Shown: one piece after another, positions 26,545 through 35,382 of the stretch
Layout of the letters: each line of letters opens with the position of its first letter
Position numbering within the stretch: position 1 is the first letter of the stretch
From: a virus
Lineage: Duplodnaviria; Caudoviricetes
DNA: 52,807 bases
Virus record (IMG/VR): IMGVR_UViG_3300030207_000368
Coordinates: 1 to 52,807 of that record
Direction: 5' to 3' (one strand)
Position numbers and translations under genes: made by a program
The notes under the pieces: model-generated
The model's database searches: none
Seen by the model: only the letters and a program-made list of their open reading frames with translations
Told to the model about the DNA's origin: nothing

Positions 26545-27336
26545 CTAAAATGGAACGTCGTCCTCGTTCTCTTCCTCCGTAGTTGTTACCACTGATTCTT
26601 GTTCTTGTTGTACTTGAACAGTGCCTTGTCTAGCCGCCTTCATAAACTCTAATGCCGCTGTTGCTAATGGCAACGAAGTTGGCCCTTCTTTTTCAACAGA
26701 AAGTCCCATCCAACTATATTGATCATTAGATTGCGGAATTGTAGTTAGTCGATATGTGTGCGCAAACATAGGAGCTGGCACAGCTTCTCCTGCCTTATTT
26801 ACCACTCGAGCATTGTTCAACATTGTATTCCAACGTCTCGAAAAGCCTAGCTGTGAAGAAGTCAAGCTCAATAGAACTTGCTCAGGAGCGTTTTCATCTT
26901 GTGCAAAAATACAGTAATACTCTGCCGTTTCAGCAAGTTGATTACCATTAGACATGATAAAACGTCCACTGTCATCTTTTCTACAAGATGATAATGTCTG
27001 TATATTATGTTGGTCACTTACGAAACCACCACCGTTTTCCCGAGTCACCCACTCTATATACTTCTTTTTATAAGCGCATGGAATAATTAATACTCCGTCT
27101 GACCCATCGTACACCGCCTCAGTAACCGTATTGAAGAAGTTACCTTCTTCTGCGTCAGCGATATATTTACCGTCACTCTTTTTTAATTGAGGTGACATTG
27201 ATTGGAGAACCCGTAGAAACGGAATTGCATAATCTCCAGCCTCCGCGTCCTCTAGCCCTGTACCCGCAGATAACAAATCGTCATCGAAAGGTATGAGGTC
27301 AGAGGCTTGCTGCTCTGCTACTTTCTTACTAGCCAT
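26545..27336 (-). CDS. Putative single-stranded DNA-binding protein
   Basis: IPFLRVLQ.MSPQ motif; acidic tail ending EDDVPF. Confidence 0.65.
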   Translation of the reverse strand: MASKKVAEQQASDLIPFDDDLLSAGTGLEDAEAGDYAIPFLRVLQSMSPQLKKSDGKYIADAEEGNFFNTVTEAVYDGSDGVLIIPCAYKKKYIEWVTRENGGGFVSDQHNIQTLSSCRKDDSGRFIMSNGNQLAETAEYYCIFAQDENAPEQVLLSLTSSQLGFSRRWNTMLNNARVVNKAGEAVPAPMFAHTYRLTTIPQSNDQYSWMGLSVEKEGPTSLPLATAALEFMKAARQGTVQVQQEQESVVTTTEEENEDDVPF

Positions 27337-27346
27337 AGTTTTTCCT

Positions 27347-27928
27347 CTACTTTATTTTGGCGCGGGATCCCACGTATATCCCGAATAAATCAGCAGGAAT
27401 ATCCTTCCCACCCGTGAGCTGCTCCTTCACAAACGCATTTAACGTCTGCGAATGAACTCCTTGCTTAACCGCAGGGTCTAGCCCCTGCTGCTTTAATCTT
27501 TCTAATGTGTTCGAAGCCTTTTCGTCTTCGTCCTTACCGAACTTAACAGTAATCTCATGTTTAATAATTCCACCGTGACCGTTAGCCATTAACCAGTCGT
27601 GTGCTTTATCTCTGTTAGCTTCCGAGATGTGACCTTTATAGAACTGCTCTATAGATATTTTAGAGCCGTCTGTTAATTTTATTTCCATCAAGTTAGCAGA
27701 CTGCATTGCTTCAGGAAGCTCTTGTTCCCGTATTGTTCTAGCTAGTTCTCTAGCCGCTTTCAAATCAGCTTCTAAACTTTCTACTAGTCTGTCTTGATGT
27801 AGTAGTCTCTGCGCTGTTGCAGAAATCTTAGAGTATTCATTATCAGTAGTGGTGTCGCTCCACTCTTCTGTTGTTTCTCCACCAGTCAACTCCTCGAAAG
27901 TCAACCCTGCGTCTTCTGTCTCAGACAT
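27347..27928 (-). CDS. Conserved replication-module protein
   Basis: LPEAM..L.DGS..WL..GHG.IIK..VH.QTL.AFVKE pattern. Confidence 0.65.
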   Translation of the reverse strand: MSETEDAGLTFEELTGGETTEEWSDTTTDNEYSKISATAQRLLHQDRLVESLEADLKAARELARTIREQELPEAMQSANLMEIKLTDGSKISIEQFYKGHISEANRDKAHDWLMANGHGGIIKHEITVKFGKDEDEKASNTLERLKQQGLDPAVKQGVHSQTLNAFVKEQLTGGKDIPADLFGIYVGSRAKIK

Positions 27929-28256
27929 ATAATTCCCCTAATTCTGTTGGAGTTCTTCTTATATCGAATGTAACAGGATAGTAAGCCATCTCCTGTCTAT
28001 CCCACTTCAAAACTGAAAACCGTCCGTTTACGGATGCTGCGATAGAACAACATAAACCTATTGCTGCTGGGTCTCCCACCAGTAACAGGTAATCTTCATC
28101 ATTGAAATCACTTAGCTTTCTCTTTAGTTTTAAAACCTCTGGTCCTGTAGAAAGCATCAGGTTTGTTCTCGCTGGAAGTAGTAACTCTAGTTCACCGTAC
28201 TTTTGAGCAGGGACTAGGTTTTTTCCAGGAGATTCTTGCACAATATACACTGTCAT
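27921..28256 (-). CDS. Conserved replication-module protein
   Basis: VYIVQE..KYG..DYLLLVGDP..LKWDRQ; SD AAGGAG. Confidence 0.7.
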   Translation of the reverse strand: MTVYIVQESPGKNLVPAQKYGELELLLPARTNLMLSTGPEVLKLKRKLSDFNDEDYLLLVGDPAAIGLCCSIAASVNGRFSVLKWDRQEMAYYPVTFDIRRTPTELGELYV

Positions 28257-28282
28257 TTCTAATTTCTCCTTTATAAGTAAAA

Positions 28283-28314
28283 ACTTTACTAGAGGACTCG
28301 CTGGAAAGTAAAGC
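28283..28314 (-). promoter_or_regulatory. Promoter of replication operon
   Basis: GC-TTTACT-18 nt-TAAAGT. Confidence 0.7.
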
Positions 28315-28535
28315 GGTATTTATTGTATTACTTGATTTTAAAATAAAAACTTTTTTAAAAATTTCGTAAAAGAAGAGCAATAGAGTAATAGAAGTAATAA
28401 TTCAGTCCTAAGCAGTTGAGACGTAAGGGAAAAACAGAGAGAAGAAAGTAATAGAATATATTAGTTGTATTAGTAAGGGGCTTTTTCTCAAGAAATAAAT
28501 TTTCTATTTTTATTATTATTTACTATAATCTCTAT
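28315..28535 (+). promoter_or_regulatory. AT-rich origin-like element B with AATAG iterons
   Basis: AAATAAAAACTTTTTT (28341-56), AATAGAGTAATAGAAGTAATA (28379-99), AAAGTAATAGAA (28445-56); TATAAT at 28524-29. Confidence 0.6.
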
Positions 28536-28560
28536 TAGAACTTAGAAAGGAAATAGAGTC

Positions 28561-30003
28561 TTGAAATACGAATTCAAGACTGAACCGTTTGAACATCAAC
28601 GCACTGCGTTGCTTCGCTCATGGAAAAAAGAGAAGTATGCGCTGTTCATGGAGATGGGTACGGGGAAGTCGAAAGTCTTAATTGATACTATTGGCATACT
28701 TTACGGTAAAGGAGCCATCAACGCAGCTGTTATTATCGCCCCTAAAGGAGTCTACAAGAACTGGGCTTCTAGGGAGATACCTACACACCTCCCTGACTAC
28801 ATAGAGCACCATATAGCCGTTTGGTCGCCTAATCCTCGTAAGAAGGAGAAAGAAGATCTAACCGCGTTGTTTGATGTAATGGATAAGCTGAAGATCCTGG
28901 TCATAAACGTAGAGGCGTTTAGCTCAAAGAAAGGAGTGACGTTCACTGAGAAGTTTATCTTCAGTCACTTAACAATGTTCGCGGTTGATGAGTCAACAAC
29001 AATTAAGAATCCGAAAGCTGCCAGAACTAAGGCAATCATAAAACTTAGTAAAGACGCTAAGTTTAGAAGAATACTGACAGGGTTTCCAATAACTCAATCA
29101 CCACTAGACCTGTATAGCCAGACAGAGACCTTAGAGAGAAATCTGCTAGGGTTTAGTTCTTTCTATTCTTTTCAGAATCATTACGGTGAGGTTGTTAATC
29201 GGTACTTCGGAGGGAGAACAGTGAAACAGGTTGTAGGGTTTAGAAACCTAGATGAACTAACCACGAAACTAGATAAGTTTTCCTTCAGGGTATTGAAGAA
29301 AGACTGCCTAGACTTACCTGATAAAGTCTATCAGCGCAGAGACGTAGAACTGACAGCTGAACAGAAGAAGCTCTATAACGAGTTAAAAGAATACGCAATC
29401 ACGATTCTAAAAGATCAGGAACAGATTTCTGTTACGAACATACTCACACAGTTATTAAGACTTCATCAGATAGTATGCGGCCACGTTAAAAGTGACGATG
29501 ACAAAGACATCCCTGTAGACAATAACCGTATTGACTCAATGTTCGAAGTGATATCAGAGATGCAAGGAAAGGTAATAATCTGGGCGAACTATCGACAGAA
29601 CATTGTAGAAATAGTAAACAGTTTACACGAAGTATTTGGTACACAGGCGGTATCTTCTTATTTCGGAGATACTCATCCTGATGAGCGTGAGCGTGTTATT
29701 AGAGATTTTCAAGACCCTGAATCCCCGTTACGGTTTTTCGTAGGAAACACACAAACAGGGGGGTATGGGATTACGTTGACCGAAGCTAAGAATGTAATTT
29801 ATTACTCTAACAATTTTGACTTAGAGAAACGCTTACAGTCTGAAGATAGAGCGCACCGTATTGGTCAGACTAATAAAGTAACTTACGTTGATCTTGTAGC
29901 CAAAGATACAGTAGATGAAAAAATTGTCGACGCCCTCAGAAATAAACTAGATCTTGCTCAGGAAGTCCTAGGAGATGATAAGTGGCAGGACTGGTTACGC
30001 TAG
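28561..30003 (+). CDS. SNF2-family helicase
   Basis: EMGTGKS, DES, LTGFP, GGYGITL, QSEDRAHRIGQ; TTG start, SD AAAGGA. Confidence 0.93.
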   Translation: MKYEFKTEPFEHQRTALLRSWKKEKYALFMEMGTGKSKVLIDTIGILYGKGAINAAVIIAPKGVYKNWASREIPTHLPDYIEHHIAVWSPNPRKKEKEDLTALFDVMDKLKILVINVEAFSSKKGVTFTEKFIFSHLTMFAVDESTTIKNPKAARTKAIIKLSKDAKFRRILTGFPITQSPLDLYSQTETLERNLLGFSSFYSFQNHYGEVVNRYFGGRTVKQVVGFRNLDELTTKLDKFSFRVLKKDCLDLPDKVYQRRDVELTAEQKKLYNELKEYAITILKDQEQISVTNILTQLLRLHQIVCGHVKSDDDKDIPVDNNRIDSMFEVISEMQGKVIIWANYRQNIVEIVNSLHEVFGTQAVSSYFGDTHPDERERVIRDFQDPESPLRFFVGNTQTGGYGITLTEAKNVIYYSNNFDLEKRLQSEDRAHRIGQTNKVTYVDLVAKDTVDEKIVDALRNKLDLAQEVLGDDKWQDWLR

Positions 30004-30006
30004 TCC

Positions 30007-30411
30007 CTATACCATCTCCATTGCATCTAGTTGAGCTAACGCTGCTTCTAATTCTGCTCTAGCAGCAGGAATAGAACCTGCAAGACTAACTGCAGCATCG
30101 GCTAACCCACTAGCTATTTCCATAGGAGCCTCTTCGATCATACCTTCCTCAGGCATCATCTCTTCTTCGCCTGCGACAGCGTTTAACAGCTCATCTAAAC
30201 GAGCGTTGTCTTCTGCTGGCACAGGATCTATGGGTGCAGGTGAAGCCGTTTGAGGACCGCCTCCCCCTGCAGGTGGGGGAGGAGGCATAGAGCCTACGGG
30301 GGGAGCATTCAAGGGAGTTAGGTTGCCTCCCATAGGCATAGGGGCCGTGTTCTGAGACATAGCGGTTCTCATTTGATCTAATCGGTTCGGCTGTTCGTTA
30401 ATCGGCATCAT
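30007..30411 (-). CDS. Pro/Met-rich hypothetical virion protein
   Basis: 134 aa; last gene of the late operon. Confidence 0.6.
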   Translation of the reverse strand: MMPINEQPNRLDQMRTAMSQNTAPMPMGGNLTPLNAPPVGSMPPPPPAGGGGPQTASPAPIDPVPAEDNARLDELLNAVAGEEEMMPEEGMIEEAPMEIASGLADAAVSLAGSIPAARAELEAALAQLDAMEMV

Positions 30412-30416
30412 AATAA

Positions 30417-31844
30417 TTATGTCCTTGGTTTATTCGGTCTAAAAGCGTTTTGAAAAGGCTGAACATTCGTATCGAAGTTCGTGAGATCCATAATCCCATT
30501 AGAAGAAATTTGACCACCGTTAGCTCCTCTGTAAGAAGCTCCACCAGTAAACGGATTAGAGTACTGGGTTCCTAGAAGTGGCTGGTTTCGACTACCATAC
30601 TCTTCTGCAGTAAACGGTGCATTATAATCCGAATAACTTGGAGTAAATGTTTTTAAGTAAGTGCTAAATGGATCTTGTCCTTGTCCTTCTCTCTGCATTC
30701 CTATTAGGTTAGCCATTGGGCTCCCTCCAGGAAGGAACGAAGCCCCAGATTTAAACTGCGACGTAGACCCTGTTCTTGGACCAGTAGGAGCGGCACTAGC
30801 AAAATAGGTATTAAGATCATCTTTAGTTTGATCAATCTGATTTTGTACCGCATCCGCTTCGTACTGAGAAGTTACGTCTTGATACTGTTGTTCCAAGGTA
30901 CCTAGTTTACCTTGAAGTTCTTGAATCGTTTGATCGTAACCAGCTCCTTGCTCGTCTAAATAACCTTGTAGCTGCTCAGGTGTTAGATAGTTCTGAAACA
31001 GACCTTCTAGTCCTGAAATTTGTTCTTGTAACTGAGGCTGAGTTACAAATTGGCTCATATCTTGACCGCCAATTTGTTGAGAAATAAGCTCGTTTATTTG
31101 ATCTTCAGTCATGCCCGAAGAAGCGGCTATCTCAGCGACCTCTTCTTCCGTTAATGCTTCTCCTGTTTCTTCTCCAGCTTCAGCGGCTGCAACCGCTTCA
31201 TCAACTAAAGTTGCAATTTCATCTCTTGTCAAGACTCCTTGGTCAAACAGCTGGGCCATTTGTTCTTCGCTGAACGAGAATCCTGTTTCAAGAATACTGT
31301 AGACATCGTCTCTTGTAAGACCTTCAGCATTAATTAGTTCTTGAATATACTCAGGAGTAAGGCTTCCTTCCTCTATCATCTCCTGGATTGTTTGTACAGT
31401 TACTTCTTCTGTAGGAACTGTCTCAGTAGTAGTCTCTGTTTGTGTTCCAGTATCTTGTCTAGGATCAATATACGGATCGTCAAATCCGTAAAGAAATTCT
31501 GCTGCACCTTCTGTAGTAGGGAAGTTTCCATAAATTCCTTGCTCTGGTCCAATTGCAAGGTCTTCTCGTTGTCTTGCTAATTGAGCAGGGGTAAGACTAA
31601 GAAGGTTTTCATTCACAGTAACAGGGGTTGATGCATCCACCGTAGCGGGGGCTGTTTCTTCTTCAGCGGCATCTTCTATACGGTTTTGAGGAGCATACCC
31701 AATAAGTTCTTGTAAATTTTCAGGAAGTTCAAAACCCCCCATGCCTCCTCTAAACATCTTGCGAGGTTTAACACTGCCACCGTCTTGCATTTCTTCAGCT
31801 TGATTGAAATCAGGTAATGGGGCTTCGAAAATTTCTATTCTCAT
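30417..31844 (-). CDS. Acidic coiled-coil internal virion protein
   Basis: 475 aa; MQDGG, MFRGG, GANGG motifs. Confidence 0.55.
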   Translation of the reverse strand: MRIEIFEAPLPDFNQAEEMQDGGSVKPRKMFRGGMGGFELPENLQELIGYAPQNRIEDAAEEETAPATVDASTPVTVNENLLSLTPAQLARQREDLAIGPEQGIYGNFPTTEGAAEFLYGFDDPYIDPRQDTGTQTETTTETVPTEEVTVQTIQEMIEEGSLTPEYIQELINAEGLTRDDVYSILETGFSFSEEQMAQLFDQGVLTRDEIATLVDEAVAAAEAGEETGEALTEEEVAEIAASSGMTEDQINELISQQIGGQDMSQFVTQPQLQEQISGLEGLFQNYLTPEQLQGYLDEQGAGYDQTIQELQGKLGTLEQQYQDVTSQYEADAVQNQIDQTKDDLNTYFASAAPTGPRTGSTSQFKSGASFLPGGSPMANLIGMQREGQGQDPFSTYLKTFTPSYSDYNAPFTAEEYGSRNQPLLGTQYSNPFTGGASYRGANGGQISSNGIMDLTNFDTNVQPFQNAFRPNKPRT

Positions 31845-31855
31845 TTATAACTCAC

Positions 31856-34800
31856 CTATATCGACATGACTCTCGAATACAGGTCCATGATTCCTGTAGT
31901 CGGGCCTTCAATAGCTTTTAATGCTCTTTGTTCAGCAGTTTCTCTTTCTTCAGAACCTATGTTGACTTCTCGAGAAATAGCCAAAGCACCAAGAAACTTG
32001 AAAAACTCACGACGACCCATTGAACGATCTCGAGCCTCCAAGAGTTTATTTAATTTAGTTGGATCAGCTAGTATTTCTAGCATATCACTTCTAGCTTTAT
32101 CACGATAACCCATCAGGAAAGCTGTTATTCTTCTGCCTGTTTGAGTTAAAGGAGGAATGAACATTCGAACCGCGAAACTTGTTTCTTCGAGAAAGTCTTC
32201 AACAGTAGCTGTCGCGGCAGCTCCCTGAGCAATTGGGCTTTTCGGGCCACGACGAGTACCTCGATCAAGCAGTTTTCCAAAAGCTCTTAAATCTTTAGCA
32301 TATTGATTACCAACATCTTTACCTAGTAATTGGCTAAACAATGAGCCTAAACGAGCTGTTCCTTCTGGTCCTGCTCTCAAACCCTGGTTTATAAAGCTAA
32401 TAAAACCACTAACATCGAAGTTATCTGTTTGGAAAAGTCCTCCCTCGTCAAGCTGCTGTTTTTCAAAATTATCGCGCATAAAGTCTCTTACGAGCGCATT
32501 TACATAAGGTTGAAGCTCAGGTGTTTCTTGTAAGACTTTATTAAACTCAGCAAGACTCATATCTGCTTTTCCGGCAAGTCTTGCACTTTTACCAGCAAGT
32601 AGAAAATCTTTAACAAAATCAGCTGGGGGTTTACCTAGTTCTTTTTCTAGTTGTGTCAAAGATTCGGTAACTTGAGCAATTTCAGCTAATGCTTGTTCTT
32701 GTACATTTTTAAATTCTGTTAGTTTTAAAAAGTCAGCTTCAGGAAACAGAGCTTGTAACTGCTCTTCATTTTTATCTAAAAACTTACTCCATGCTTTATT
32801 TTGCTCAGCTAAAGGTAATCCTCCCATAGACTTACGAATATTTTCAACGACCAGTTGTCTAAGGTTTCCTAGTCGTACAATAGAGTCAGGAGATTTATAA
32901 ATCTGACCTAATAAGTCTTCTATTTGTTTAGGTGAAGCTGACAGTACAAAATCAGCTATTTGAGAGGGTTCTTTATCTACCAGCTCTCGAATAAATCTAC
33001 GCTCAATAGACGTGTTTAATTTATAGAGATCCTCTTGAGCTTTCATTAGAGGCCCAGCTATTTCTTGAATTTTTTCTCTTAATGCATCTGGGGTCGGAGA
33101 ATCTATACCCTCAGCAGATAGTTCTTTTCGCGCTTGAAATGTAATCAAATCATCCATTTGTGCTTCGACAGCATCTCTAAGACCTGTAGCAATTTGTCTA
33201 ACTTCTCGGTCAGAACTAGTCATAAACAGGTTGTTCAAAGCGTGATACATACCGTTCAACTGCCCGAAAGTAAGATCAGCTTGTTTTAAGAATTGACCTT
33301 TTTCGTCTACTCCAACTCCCATAAGTTGTTTAAGAATACTTACTCCGTCTCTCATGGGGATCATGCTTTTTATAACATCAGAAGCTTCAACTTCTCCTAA
33401 TGTACGCATTATTTTATCTTTGCTCTCACCACCGCCCAGAGCTTCTGTAAACTCATTACGAATTAAAGCGGTAGAGTCTAGTTTTTTGTCGTATTTTAAA
33501 TCCGCTAAATTACTAACCTCAGCGTTTACTGCATCTTTAGCTGCTTGATACTGTTCATCATATTGATATAAAAACTCAGGACTGTTTCTTTTATAGACCA
33601 GTCCACCTGACTCTACGTCTCTTGTAAAAGTTGACCCTAGTTCATCGACAGTAAGCATCGCTTCAGGGTCTTGCTCAGGCAGCACTGTTTCTAAGTCTGT
33701 TTGTTCTTCTATTTCTCGTTGACGGAGTTTAGATGCCTCAGCAGCTCTTTTAGCATATTCCTCTTGTTGTCTAACAAGGTAATCTCTAAAATCATTATAA
33801 GAAATACCCTCAAGTTCAGGAGCGTTTTTTGTTAACTCTTGCCAGAAATTTTCTGCAGCCTTTTCATTGTTATCAAGTATTGATTGGTATACTTCTCGAC
33901 CTTTAGCAGTAGGAGACAGTTGAGCAAAAAGTTCTAGTTCTAATGCTTTAAAGAAATCATCTTGAGTAAGTTCTCCTGCAGGAGGTCTATAAAATGTTCC
34001 TGCTTCGTCAGCCACAGCTATTGCAGCTTTCTTAGTTCTTTCAGCTAACTCTCCTGAAGAAAACTCAGGGGTTTTGCCTTTCGTTGAGATTTTAGCTTGT
34101 AGTCTTGCTAGTATTTCATTAGGAATATTTGAACCTGTAACTGCTTTCCAACCTGTAGAAAGCGCACCTAAAACTCCTCCTATCACAAGAGTGCCTGCCC
34201 CAGCCAGTGCCGCAGCTAATCCAGCATCTTCAAAAGCTCGTTCTATTGAAACATTGTTTAAGCTCAGAAGTTCTTTTTGTTTCTCACTTACTGCAGCTTC
34301 TCGTTCAGCTTCTTCTAAAGAAGTATCAGCTTCTATTTTTTCAATTTCAGCAAGAATCGCATTTGCTTGTTCTTCATCTCTGAACAAAGTATTACCGTAA
34401 GCAAGCTGAAGGAACCGCCCCATTCCTGCAGACACTCCAGCAATGGTTGCGGTAGCTGCGCCTTTCTTTATCTTACCGCCAACAGTAGACTCTTTTCTTA
34501 GCAGCTCACCGGCTTCTTTAACACTATCTTTTACAAGTTTTCTATAGCCTCCGTACAACCCCATCTCAACAAGAATAGGTGTTATCTCTTGACCTAGCAT
34601 GGTCAGCGTTTCTTCGGTAAGCATTTCGTAACCGAACTGAGGTCTCAGAGCTACCCATTCTCCCTGTTCCCCTTCAGCTCCATCTTTTCTAGGAACACGA
34701 ATCGCGAGACCCATACTTTTGTCGTTAGGGTTGATATACCTTAATTCTGCATCTGGGTATTCGTTTTGTAGAAGTTTTTCAGCTTCGAAAGGAGTCATAT

Positions 34801-35380
34801 TAACAGGAAAGAAAGACGCTTTTACTCTCCAAGGAGAGTCTGCATCAATAGGGTCTGAACCTCTTAACCACTTTTGATAGAAAGAGCTGTCTCCTTCGAA
34901 AATACGATCAGGATTAACTTGTGCGTCGATTAATTCCTGACGATCTTCCTGATTCAATAAAGACTCTGTAAGTCCGGAGTACTCTGTTACATCTTCTACA
35001 ACAGGAATTGCAGGTAAACTCGAACGTCCAGGAATCGGAATTATTGGTCGTTGTGGTTGTGGATCAACAGGGTCAATAGAAGGAGGAACATTGACCTCAC
35101 TAGGAGCGTACATCATTAGATATTGATTCATCGCGTTAGCGATTTCTTTATCTCTATCGTCTACTAGTTCTAAAGCTCTTTGATCTCCTGCTTCAGCCCG
35201 TTCTAATAAATATTCAGATTGTAAATAACTATTAAGACGCAAAGAATCATTACTTAGAATCTCGCCAATAGTGTAGTCTGAATCCCCTGCTAGAGAACCA
35301 GTAACCTCTTCACTCCATTTATAAAAATCAGGGGTTTGTAGGTACTCATCTAACAGTTCTATATTAGATTGGGTTGCCAT
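31856..35380 (-). CDS. Large DNA ejection (internal virion) protein
   Basis: 1174 aa, helical, Gly/Ala-rich hydrophobic segments; position after nozzle. Confidence 0.65.
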   Translation of the reverse strand: MATQSNIELLDEYLQTPDFYKWSEEVTGSLAGDSDYTIGEILSNDSLRLNSYLQSEYLLERAEAGDQRALELVDDRDKEIANAMNQYLMMYAPSEVNVPPSIDPVDPQPQRPIIPIPGRSSLPAIPVVEDVTEYSGLTESLLNQEDRQELIDAQVNPDRIFEGDSSFYQKWLRGSDPIDADSPWRVKASFFPVNMTPFEAEKLLQNEYPDAELRYINPNDKSMGLAIRVPRKDGAEGEQGEWVALRPQFGYEMLTEETLTMLGQEITPILVEMGLYGGYRKLVKDSVKEAGELLRKESTVGGKIKKGAATATIAGVSAGMGRFLQLAYGNTLFRDEEQANAILAEIEKIEADTSLEEAEREAAVSEKQKELLSLNNVSIERAFEDAGLAAALAGAGTLVIGGVLGALSTGWKAVTGSNIPNEILARLQAKISTKGKTPEFSSGELAERTKKAAIAVADEAGTFYRPPAGELTQDDFFKALELELFAQLSPTAKGREVYQSILDNNEKAAENFWQELTKNAPELEGISYNDFRDYLVRQQEEYAKRAAEASKLRQREIEEQTDLETVLPEQDPEAMLTVDELGSTFTRDVESGGLVYKRNSPEFLYQYDEQYQAAKDAVNAEVSNLADLKYDKKLDSTALIRNEFTEALGGGESKDKIMRTLGEVEASDVIKSMIPMRDGVSILKQLMGVGVDEKGQFLKQADLTFGQLNGMYHALNNLFMTSSDREVRQIATGLRDAVEAQMDDLITFQARKELSAEGIDSPTPDALREKIQEIAGPLMKAQEDLYKLNTSIERRFIRELVDKEPSQIADFVLSASPKQIEDLLGQIYKSPDSIVRLGNLRQLVVENIRKSMGGLPLAEQNKAWSKFLDKNEEQLQALFPEADFLKLTEFKNVQEQALAEIAQVTESLTQLEKELGKPPADFVKDFLLAGKSARLAGKADMSLAEFNKVLQETPELQPYVNALVRDFMRDNFEKQQLDEGGLFQTDNFDVSGFISFINQGLRAGPEGTARLGSLFSQLLGKDVGNQYAKDLRAFGKLLDRGTRRGPKSPIAQGAAATATVEDFLEETSFAVRMFIPPLTQTGRRITAFLMGYRDKARSDMLEILADPTKLNKLLEARDRSMGRREFFKFLGALAISREVNIGSEERETAEQRALKAIEGPTTGIMDLYSRVMSI

Positions 35381-35382
35381 AA

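Noticed and set aside
31856-35380. Virion RNA polymerase or tape measure call
   Set aside because: No polymerase motifs recognised; podovirus nozzle/ejection context and no tail tube gene
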